Source: Octopus sinensis (lineage: Eukaryota). From it: DNA of 64,000 bases. This document shows positions 39,701-50,855 of this stretch, one piece after another (within the stretch, counting starts at the first letter, position 1; each line of letters opens with the position of its first letter). The DNA lies in NCBI RefSeq assembly GCF_006345805.1, contig NW_021833458.1, positions 10,371-74,370 on the forward strand, given 5' to 3'. The notes under the pieces were generated by a model. The model was not told where the DNA came from and did no database searches. It worked only from the letters and a program-made list of their open reading frames with translations. The position numbers and the translations under genes were made by a program.

Positions 39701-42700
39701 GTTGATCGAATTTTTGCTAGTGGAGAGTTGATCGAATTTGCACAAGTAGACGGTTGATCGAATTTTCGCTAGTGGACACTTGATCGAATTTTGGCTAGTG
39801 GACAGTTGATTGAATTTGCACAAGAGGACAATTGATCGAATTTGCACAAGCAGACAGTTGATCGAATTTGCACAAAAGAACAGTTGATCGAATTTGCACA
39901 AGTGGACAGTTGATCGAATTTTAGCTAGTTAATCGAATTTTCACCAGTGTACAGTTGATAGAATTTTCGCGATTTGGACAGTTGATCGAATTTTCGCTAG
40001 TGGACAATTGATCGAATTTGCACGAGTGGACAGTTGATCGAATATTCAATAGTGGACAGTTGATCGAATTTGCACCAGTGGACAGTTGATCGAATTTTTG
40101 CTAATAGAGAGTCGATCGAATTTTAGCTAGTGGACAGTTGATCGAATTTTCGCGAGTGGACAGTTGAACGAATTTTCGCTCGTGGACATTTAATCGAATT
40201 TGCACAAGTGGACAGTTGATCGAATTTGCACAAGTAGACAGTTGATCGAATATTCGCTAGTGGACAGTTGATCGAATTTGCACAAGTGGACAGGTGATCG
40301 AATTTTAGCTAATGGACAGTTAATCGAATTTTCACCCGTGGACAGTTGATCGAATTTTCGCTAGTGGACAGTTGATCGAATTTTCACGAGTGGACACTTG
40401 ATAGAATTTTCGCTAATGGACAGTTGATCGAATTTTCACTTGTGAACAATTGATCGAATTTGCACAAAAGGACAGTTGATCGAATTTGCACCAGTGGACA
40501 GTTGATCGAATTTTTGCTAATAGAGAGTCGATCGAATTTTAGCTAGTGGACAGTTGATCGAATTTTCGCGAGTGGACAGTTGAACGAATTTTCGCTCGTG
40601 GACATTTAATCGAATTTGCACAAGTGGACAGTTGATCGAATTTGCACAAGTAGACAGTTGATCGAATATTCGCTAGTGGACAGTTGATCGAATTTGCACA
40701 AGTGGACAGGTGATCGAATTTTAGCTAATGGACAGTTAATCGAATTTTCACCCGTGGACAGTTGATCGAATTTTCGCTAGTAGACAGTTGATCGAATTTT
40801 CACGAGTGGACACTTGATAGAATTTTCGCTAGTGGACAGTTGATCGAATTTTCACTTGTGAACAATTGATCGAATTTGCACAAAAGGACAGTTGATCGAA
40901 TTTGCACAAGTGGACAGTTGTTTCAATATTCAATAGTGGACAGTTGATCGAATTTTCGCTAGTGGACAGTTGATGGAATTTCCACCAATGGAGAGTAGAT
41001 CGAATTTTAGCTGGGGGACAGTTGATCGAATTTTCACCAGTGGACAGTGATCGAATTTTCGCTTGTGAACAATTGATCGAATTTGGACAAGTGGACAGTT
41101 GATCGAATTTACACGAGTGGACAGTTGATCGAATTTTCGCTAGTGGACGTTTGATCGAATTAGCACAAATGGACAATTGATCGAATTTGAACAAGTGGAC
41201 AGTTGATCGAATTTGCACAACTGAACAGTTGATCGAATAACCAATAGTGGACAGTTGATCGAATTTCCTACCAATGGACAGTTGATCGAATTTTAGCTAA
41301 TGGCCAGTTGACCGAATTTTCACCAGTGGACAGTAGATCGAATATTCGCTAGTGGAATATTCGCAGTGGACAGTTCATTGAATTTAAGCTAATTGACAGT
41401 TGATCGAATTTCCACCAATGGACAGTTGATCGAATTTTAGCTGGGGGACAGTTGATCGAATTTTCACCAGTTGACAGTTGATCGAATTTTCGCTAGTGGA
41501 CAGTTGATCGAATTTTCGCTAGAGGACAATTGATCGAATTTGCACAAGTGGACAGTTGATCGAATTTGCAGAATTGGACAGTTGATCGAATTTACACAAG
41601 TGGTCAGTTGATCGAATATTCGCTAGTGGTCAGTTGATCGAATTTGCACCAGTGGACAGTTCATTGAATTTAAGCTAATTGACAGTTGATCGAATTTTCA
41701 CAAGTGGACAGTTGATCGAAATTTCGCTTGTGGACAATTGATCGAATTTTCGCTTGTGAACAATTGATCGAATTTGCACAAGTGATAGTTGATCGAATTT
41801 ACACAAGTGGACAGTTGATCGAATAATCAATAGTGGACAGTTGATCGAATTTCCACCAATGGACAGTTGATCGAATTTTAGCTGGGGGACAGTTGATCGA
41901 ATTTTCACCATTGGACAGTTGATCGAATTTTCGCTAGTGGACAGTTGATCGAATTTTCGCTAGTGGACAATTGATCGAATTTGCACAAGTGGACAGTTGA
42001 TCGAATTTGCAAAAGTGGACAGTTGATCAAATTTACACAAGTGGTCAGTTGATCGAATATTCGCTAGTGGACAGTTGATCGAATTTGCACCAGTGGACAG
42101 TTCATTGAATTTAAGCTAATTGACAGATGATCGAAATTTCGCTTGTGGACAATTGATCGAATTTGCACAAGTGGACAGTTGATCGAATTTGCAAAAGTGG
42201 ACAGTTGAACAAATTTACACAAGTGGTCAGTTGATCGAATATTCGCTAGTGGACAGTTGATTGAATTTGCACCAGTGGACAGTTGATCGAATTTTCGCGA
42301 TGTGGACAATTGATCGAATTTTCGCTAGTGGACGGTTGATCGAATTTGCACAAGTGGACAATTGATCGTATTTGTACAAGTGGACAGTTGATCGAATATT
42401 CGCTAGTGGACAGTTGATCGAACTTGCACCAGTGGACAGTTGATCGAATTTTAGCTAATGGACAATTGATCGAATTTTCACCAGTGGACAGTAGACCGAA
42501 TATTCGCTAGTGGACAGTTGATCGAATTTCCACCAATGGACAGTTGGTCGAATTTTAGCTGGGGGACAGTTGATCGAATTTTCACCAGTGGTCAGTTGAT
42601 CGAATTTTCGCTAGTGGACAGTTCATCCAATTTTCGCTAGAGGACAATTGATCGAATTTGCACAAGTGGACAGTTGATCGAATTTGCAGAAGTGGACAGT

Positions 42701-43440
42701 TGATCGAATTTTACACAAGTGGTCAGTTGATCGAATATTCGCTAGTGGACAGTTGATCGAATTTTCACAAGTGGACAGCTGATTGAATTTTCGCTTGTGG
42801 ACAATTGATCGAATTTGCACAAGTGGACAGTTGATCGAATATTCAATAGTGGACAGTTGATCGAATTTTCACCAGTGGACAGTTGATCGAATTTTAGCTT
42901 GCGGACAGTTGATCGAATCTTCACCAGTGGACAGTTGATCGAATTTTCGCTAGTGGACAGTTGATCGAATTTTCGCTAGTTGACAATTGATCGAATTTGC
43001 TTTAGTGGACAGTTGATCGAATATTCAATAGTGGACAGTTGATCGAATTTGCACCAGTGGAGAGTTGATCGAATTTTAGCTTGTGGACAGTTCATCGAAT
43101 TTGCACCAGTGGACAGTTGATCGAAGTTTTTCTAATGGACAGTTGATCAAATTTTCGCAGTGGACAGTTGGTCGAATTTGCACAAGTGGACAGTTGATCG
43201 AATTTACAGAATTGGTCAGTTGATCGAATATTCGCTAGTGGACAGTTGATGGAATTTGCACCAGTGGACAGTTCATCGAATTTTAGCTAATGGACAGTTG
43301 ATCGAATTTTCGCTAGTGGACAGTTGATTGAATTTTCCCTAGTGGACCTTTGATAGAATTTTCGCTAGTGGACAGTTGACTTAATTTTCAGTTGTGGACA
43401 CTTGATCGAATTTTCACAAGTGGACAGTTGATCGAATTTG
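39701..43440. repeat. 26-bp satellite, about 144 units, consensus GTTGATCGAATTT(G/T)CNCNAGTGGACA
   Basis: Invariant gttgatcgaat every 26 bp; 416-bp (16-unit) block duplicated at about 40066 and 40482. Confidence 0.97.
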
Positions 43441-43445
43441 CTCCC

Positions 43446-45125
43446 TGTTATGTCGTACATTCGGATTCTTTCTACTCAACTCGACTCCTCTCTACACCTC
43501 TCTCACATTTAGACCTCTCCCTCTATATCTACGTAATAGGATAGCTTATTTCATCGTCTGGTGGCGTCCACACAACACCTCCACCTTTTGAGCTTTTAAA
43601 TCCTGAATTAATCAATTTTATTTCCTCTGTGAGAAACCGGCATATCTTTTTTCTCTTAGCGTTAATTTCCATCATTTCTGTAGATTTTCTCTTCCTGTTC
43701 GACCTACGTGTCAGTTCTGCTTTTGCTTGTGGTTCTGGGTCCTCGAACACTTTTTCTTGTGGTTCTGGGAACTGGAACAAATCATACCATAAATCTATTC
43801 TTCTCGTCTCTCTTGGTTTTTGGTATATCTTTTTTTAATTGGTTTAAATCCATTCTGTGTTCATATTTTGGTCCTTTTACCATGTACATCACGTTACCCA
43901 GACGTCCAGTTACACTTCCTTCTTCCCTGTCCTGTTTTCTGTTACTATATATTTTAAAATACTCTTTGTCACCTGTATTTTTAAAAAATTCATTTTTCTT
44001 CCCTATTTTCTGCTCGGCAACCATTTGTCAGAAATAAAACGATAAAGATAAAACAGGTTTTAACTTTAAAGGGGCAATCTTTCCTCAAATGTCGATCTCC
44101 GCAACCGTAGCACTGTTTTGAATTAAAATTTTTCCTTCTTTCTGTACTCTCTTTACACATTTGTACATTATTATTCTTGTCTTCTGTCTTTCTTGTTTCA
44201 TCGTGGAGGTCTATTATTTGTTGACATTCCTAAGCCACATTCTGCAAATGAGTTTCACATCTTGATTCAACTTTGATAAAATTCTTTTTCTAATTTCCGC
44301 GTCTTCCGTTGCCACTAGCCGTTTAACGAATATTAAGTACTTGAACATATCTGGCGTTAATTCTTCCAGCTTAAACATTTCGCTAGCCTTATTAACCATA
44401 CCGGCATATGTTAAGATATCATCGGGCTCGTTTCTCTTTAAATTTAAACATTCCCATCGAATATTAAACAGCGAAAGTTTCTCGCTAAAAATATTAGTCA
44501 AAATATTTATCGTTTCATCAAAACACATTTCCGCGGGCATTCTCGGCAAAATAAAGTTACAAAATCTTTCGTGTTCCGGATTAGCAATATTTTGCAAAAG
44601 GAGCCTTACCTTCCTTTCACTAGGCCATCCTCTGCATTCCTCTCGGAATATGTCTTCGTATCGTCTGTAATATGCAGCAAACGTAATTTCTTCATCCGGA
44701 TTGTAGTGAAATTCTTCGATGGAATTTGCAACACCATCTGCTGAAAATGATTCTACCGTTTTTCTCGACTGCAGTAACAATTCTATTAAATTCTGTAGTT
44801 GTTGTTGCTGCTGCTGTTGTTGTTTTACAACTGCTTTCAGTAACTCTTCCATTTCGGTACTATTCGAAACCACGTCACCACTGTTATATCGCAAGACTAC
44901 ACAATGGCTGTGTGAGCTACGAATTCCTCGTCGCCACTCTTATATCGCAATACTACACAGTGGCTGTGTGAGCTACGAAATCCTCGTCGCCCTCGTCATG
45001 TCGCACGTTCAGATGCCTTCTACTCAACTCGACTCCTCTCTACTCGTCTCTCATGTCTAAGCTTCTCCCAAGATATCTACATATTGGACTAGACTACTTC
45101 ATCGTCTGGGGGCCTCCACAAAACA
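43446..45125 (-). mobile_element. Internally deleted Gypsy (Mag-like) LTR retrotransposon
   Basis: LTRs 43446-43577 and 44993-45125; PPT aaaaggtggagg abutting the 3' LTR; PBS tggcgacgagga; gag, CX2CX3HX4C knuckle and integrase C-terminal tail; no PR, RT or RH. Confidence 0.9.
44214..44852 (-). pseudogene. gag: Gag of the Mag-like Gypsy element (frameshift near 44250; knuckle CYGCGDRHLRKDC at 44074-44112)
   Basis: EITFAAYYRRYEDIF..KVRLLL..FSEKLSLFNIRWECLNL..YAGMVNKASEMFKL..DAEIRKRILSKL. Confidence 0.85.
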
Positions 45126-45899
45126 CTCTTGTGAACAGTTGATCGAATCAATTTCTGTTTGTGTGTTTGTATGCATGTATGTGGGTTTCTATGTAATTAT
45201 CTGCTGTGAGCTTCTTTCTTCATCGTTATGTTCTACTCTATCTATGCATATACATTTTCAAACACGTTTCTAGAAATACATCCATTAACTTAGAAGTGAA
45301 ATTAGTTCTTCTCTTTGCACACAAGCCCATCGACATACACATGCATTCGTGTGTGTGCGTGCATGTGTGTGTGTGTATGTATTCTTCACTGCTTTCTTCT
45401 CTGTATCCAGTATTAGTTTTCCTACCGTTATATTTTTCTTTTTACTCTTTGAGGAACATGTCAGACTCATTTCTTTTTCTAGCAATTTCTAACTTCAACC
45501 CCATCTCACAGACTCACGGACGCACAAATTTGTTTGCATGTATTCTGCTGTAAAAACAGAATAAAATAACAGAAAAACAAATTGAAAGAGCGAAGCATGT
45601 AAAAGAACTTTCCATGCGGCTCATTTTACGTAAGAAACTCATTATATATCTAACTACAACCATATGCTTCATATGACCTGAACGACGGAGAAAGATCTTT
45701 TTTCGGGTAATCTAGGAAGCAGAAGTTATGTGAAGAATTGCATCGCTGCTGAACCTTGCACATTACTGTGGACAAGGAGTCTTGTTTACAGATTTTGTGT
45801 AAATAAATTGTGTAGAAGCATGAAGTTATTTCAACATGCATGTTTGTACTCCAGTATAATATGGTGTAATTACTTGTACAGATTTATATATATATATAA

Positions 45900-45957
<58 letters not shown>

Positions 45958-46178
45958 ATTTATATATAGTGAGAGAGAGAGAGGGAAACATATATTTATT
46001 TGTATATATGTATCTATATTTATATTGATATATATATATAAAAAAAAATATATATATATGCATATCCATCTCTCTCTCTCTCGCTATATATATATATATA
46101 CCTATATATACATATGTATTTATATATATATATTTGTATATATCAACATTTATATATATTTCTTTATATCTATCTATC

Positions 46179-46221
<43 letters not shown>

Positions 46222-46245
46222 CTAAATATATATTATATATACATA

Positions 46246-46293
<48 letters not shown>

Positions 46294-46403
46294 TATATAA
46301 ATTACACGTAGATAATAAAACGTAAGCTATGTTATATACATTCAGACAGACACACATGTATGTATGTACATACGTATATCTATACATGCATGTGTGTATG
46401 TTT

Positions 46404-46409
<6 letters not shown>

Positions 46410-46490
<81 letters not shown>
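46410..46490. repeat. (GT)n microsatellite
   Basis: About 40 pure GT units. Confidence 0.95.
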
Positions 46491-46495
<5 letters not shown>

Positions 46496-46698
46496 TTACC
46501 CACTGGAATTATATCTTCAAGAGAAAATAAAACAATTGGAGATTCGAAAAAGTGGATAATTTCATCTCCAACAAGCTCGCACACGTGCCTAACATTCGCA
46601 CAACATGATCATGTATATTCAGGTGTATGTGTATGTATATATATATATATGCAGAGAGAGAAAGTGAGAGTGATGCATAGATATTTAGATAGATGAAG

Positions 46699-46759
<61 letters not shown>

Positions 46760-47463
46760 AGATATGTGTGTGTGTATACACACACACGCACACGTGCACA
46801 CACACACGCATATATATATATGTATGTATATACATATATATGTGTGTGTGTGTATATATATATGTATATATATACATATATATACACACACACATATATA
46901 TACACACATATATATATATACATATATATATACACACACACATATATATATATACATGCATATATATATATACGTAGATAGATAGATAGATAGATAGATA
47001 GAGAGAGAGGGAGAGAGAGAGAGAGATGGGTAGTTAGATGGAGAAATATATGTATGAAAAGATATACATGTACGTGTCTATATATGTGTGTATGTGCGTG
47101 TGTGTTCCTGCGTGCGTGTGTGGCGTGTGCGGGTGTATGTGTATATCTATATATGTATGTATATGTGTGCAAATCGAGGGAGATATAGAGTAAGATAGAG
47201 AGAGATAGAAAGAGAGGGGGAAAAGAAGCCAGTTTTCACACATAGTATATTACCATACACAGTTGATACATATATTTTAGATGCGTGGATACGTTTGTAT
47301 TGCTAACCAAGCTTGAATATCCAAGTAGAATATAGTTAAAATTGAAGTTATATTCATATACAGAGTATAACTTTGTGCTTCATAATTCAAATAAATACGG
47401 TCTCTCTTTTTTTTCTCTCTCTCACTCTCTCTTTTTTCTGATGTCTTATCATTCTTCCAACAG

Positions 47464-47547
47464 ATCGTTCGTTGCAGAAGCAGCAGCTCTGGTACCCGAG
47501 TAGAGTAAAAAGTACAACAATTCAAAGAGTTGATGCCATTTTGAAAG
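47464..47547 (+). CDS. Candidate 84-nt symmetric internal exon (RSLQKQQLWYPSRVKSTTIQRVDAILK)
   Basis: Long polypyrimidine tract, ctgat branch-like site, CAG acceptor, AAG|GTAAGT donor, only one open frame (phase 1-1). Confidence 0.55.
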
Positions 47548-47815
47548 GTAAGTAGCGAAAAAGTGTGAGCTTCCATTTCAGTGGGGCGTCAAATGAAATA
47601 AATTTCAACAGCTGTTATATGTGTGAATATACAGGGTAAATAATAGAAAAAAATAGGCCGCACAATGCGATAGTGTTTACGCATCTACAGGCTGCACCAT
47701 CCCAGATGTGTAAGTAATACTTCACTGTTTTTCAAATGGTTTGGTGATTGGTGAATATTTCTACTGAGAAATGAATGTAGACTTTAAATTGCAGCTTTTT
47801 TTAGCTTATAATATT

Positions 47816-48070
47816 CAGGGGTGTTCAAAAAATTTCTCCGCAGTGAATTCTCTTCATCGTGCGCATGCGCAACTTGGTTATCCCTGCGTGGGTGGGCGGC
47901 CGGGTGTCAACCGTTGTCTTTTAGTCATTGTGTACCCTTCAGCGCGTCGACATGCTTACCATTGAAGAACGTACGTTTTTGGTTGAACGGGTGTTTCGAG
48001 CTGGAAAGAAATACACTCGATGGAACTTTATCTCAGAACGTACAGCACCGGATTTTTTCCCTATGCCCTA
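47816..48070 (+). mobile_element. Tc1/mariner 5' fragment
   Basis: TIR-like caggggtgttcaaaaa; MLTIEERTFLVERVFRAGKKYT from 47952 resembles the N-terminal HTH of mariner-like transposases. Confidence 0.6.
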
Positions 48071-48072
48071 TG

Positions 48073-48623
48073 CAGTAATCCCTCGACTATCGCGGGTGCT
48101 ATGTTCCAAAACGCCCCGTGATAAATGAAAATCTGCGAAGTAGGAACAGTACAGTATTTTTTATTTTTTTATTCAGCTCAGAGCTGCGGCCATGCTGATG
48201 CACCGCCGTTTGCTTTTCGTATGCAAGCCGGTGGGGCTCGCTCTGAGCACTCTAATTTTTTCACAGTGAACGTACCCACCGCCTCGGACACTCGGCGAAG
48301 AGCACGTTCGGAGGAACCGTGCGGGCCGAAACGACCGGGAGGTGGACGCGCTACTACCGCAACGCGAACGGCGACTCCCGACGATGCGCCTGCCTCGTGG
48401 CTCCCGTGCGCGCAGCACCGACCTGCGCGACGTGAAATCGGACGAAACGCGCGGGCGAAGACAAGGCAGGGCGGCGGCCGACGCGGCGGCCGACGCGGCG
48501 GCGATGCGCGCAGTGCTCCGCGGCCCGATTTGTTACAAATGCAAAACAACACCACGGAGGAATCAACGTATGCTTAAATAATAAACCCTGATAGGTGAAC
48601 CACGATATAGCTAGGAATTACTG
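48073..48623. mobile_element. pogo/Tigger-like MITE with a GC-rich interior
   Basis: Imperfect TIRs cagtaatccctcgactatcgcg / cacgatatagctaggaattactg, followed by TA; related end fragment at 62205-62270. Confidence 0.7.
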
Positions 48624-49168
48624 TACTAATAACGAAGAAAAATAAGCAGCGCAGTTCCAGATTTTGACCTAATTGTGTTCAAGATGTACACACACAAACA
48701 CACATACACAAATACACACAGGCACACACACACATAATAGAATAACAGCAGATCTGGTATTATGCGCTTGATCAAAATTTGGCGGGGCGAGAAAAATTGG
48801 TCAAGTTGGACTAATTACCCGAGAGGATTTTTAATTTAAAAAGCTCATAATGATAAACGACCTATTTGAGCACAGCAGGATTTGAACTCAGATAGCAAAG
48901 AACAAGAACAAAGAAGACGAATTACGCTGTTACACGTTACAACGATTCTGTTAAAATACCGCTCAAAACAACGACAACAGCTATAAGACGATGTATATTC
49001 TTTGAAGACTCTTACAACGGCATGAGCTTTTTGCGGAAGCTATATTTCTTTAAACATAATAAAGGTGTTTGTGTGTCGGAATATATATATGTGTGTGTGT
49101 GTGTACGTGTGTGTATGTATATATATATATATATAAATGTATAAATACCAGCCCTTTTTTTGACAGCC

Positions 49169-49219
49169 AGCTTCCTGATGATTTCATTTGAATGAAACAG
49201 TACTAGTCCTGTAGAAGCT
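49169..49219 (+). ncRNA. Type I hammerhead ribozyme
   Basis: Stem I agcttc/gaagct; CTGATGA; short stem II ttc/gaa closed by U.U; GAAAC; stem III acag/ctgt; GTA triplet at 49211-49213. Confidence 0.7.
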
Positions 49220-49306
49220 CCTTCTATAAATAAAATAAATTAATTTACTCTGCTATGTATTGAGTACCTTATTTACTGTGGTTAACCCCCGACTCAACCC
49301 GGGACC

Positions 49307-49351
<45 letters not shown>

Positions 49352-49672
49352 CACATTATATCTACTCTAATTGCACCAAATCCAGAACTACTTAGCTCCC
49401 TTAAATATAATTTTTTTACTGGGGGATTAGTAGACCCGACACCGTTCACTGTCTGTGAACAGTAATTTTACGAAACCGGTGTACCTTTGAATCTCTTTTC
49501 CAATTCACAATAATGATTTTATTACTTTTATTCCTACTTCAGTTCATCGAATTGTATCGTTACTTTTCCTTAAAAAATCCTTTACTTTTTTTGATTTCCA
49601 ATGTGCATTTTAGCATTTTTCTTCTTATTTACCCCTTACATTTCCACGTGTATTTTCTATTTTCTTTTTGTA

Positions 49673-49836
49673 ACATGTGGCTGTGTGGTAAGCAGCTTGC
49701 TTACCAACCAAATTGTTCCGGGTTCAGTCCCACTGCGTGGCACTTGGGCAGATGTCTTCTTCTATAGACTCGTGCCGACTAAAGCTTTCTGAGTGAATTC
49801 GGCTGACGGAAACTGATAGAATCGCGTCGTATTATG

Positions 49837-49901
<65 letters not shown>

Positions 49902-50145
49902 TGTATGTATGTATGTGTTGTATGTGTGTGTATACGTTTGTGTGTCTGTGTTTGTCCCCCTAACACCGCTTGACAACCGATGCTGTTGTCTTTATGTTCC
50001 CGTAACTTAGCAGTTCGGCAAAAGAGACCGATAGATTAAATACTAGGCTTACAAAGAATAAGTCCTGGGGTCGATTTGCTCGACTAAAAGGCGGTGCTCC
50101 AGCCTGGCCACATTCAAAATGACTGGAACAAGTAAAATAGTAAAA
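49673..50145 (+). mobile_element. SINE family A, full length
   Basis: Head, core, internal (TA)n and tail. Confidence 0.88.
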
Positions 50146-50254
50146 GTGTATATGATATATATATAGATATATATATTATTATATATATATATATATATAT
50201 AAACTACTGATCCATTCTTGTTACATTTTTCTTGGTTATATATATATATATATA

Positions 50255-50547
50255 TACTAAGCAATAAGGGTTCAGCAACGATTGCCTTACCACATACCGA
50301 ATTTAGAAATAGCAGTCAAAGGGTTATAGCTATTTCTTCTACTAAAAAGGGAGATCTCCTTTTTAGTAGAAGAAATAGCTATACCCTTTGACTGCTATTC
50401 TAAAATCGGTATGTGGTAAGGCAATTCGTTGCTGACCCTTATTGCTTAGTATTACTTAAATTTCCTCAAATGAGGCTTTTACATGCCGAAGACTACTTGG
50501 TGTAATTGATATTATTCCAAATAATTAATTTCACCCTTCATATTACG
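50255..50547. mobile_element. Fold-back repeat, probable Penelope-like fragment
   Basis: Spacer-less palindrome 50255-50451 centred at 50354/50355, embedded in (AT)n. Confidence 0.55.
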
Positions 50548-50619
50548 GATATATATATAGATATAATATATATATATATATATAAACTACTGATCCATTC
50601 TTGTTACATTTTTCTTGGT

Positions 50620-50670
<51 letters not shown>

Positions 50671-50700
50671 TATGATCCATTCTTGTTACATTTTTCTTGG

Positions 50701-50771
<71 letters not shown>

Positions 50772-50807
50772 CTGATCCATTCTTGTGTTACATTTTTTGA
50801 TTTATAT

Positions 50808-50855
<48 letters not shown>

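Noticed and set aside
39701-43440. CRISPR-like appearance of constant repeat plus variable insert, and Cys/His-rich minus-strand ORFs
   Set aside because: Variable parts are only about 8 nt and recur many times; there are no cas genes and the context is eukaryotic. The 26-bp period is not a multiple of 3, so the peptides just cycle through frames.
48125-48581. Overlapping 80-150-aa ORFs on both strands
   Set aside because: Expected from stop-codon depletion in a 73% GC patch; no recognisable domain.
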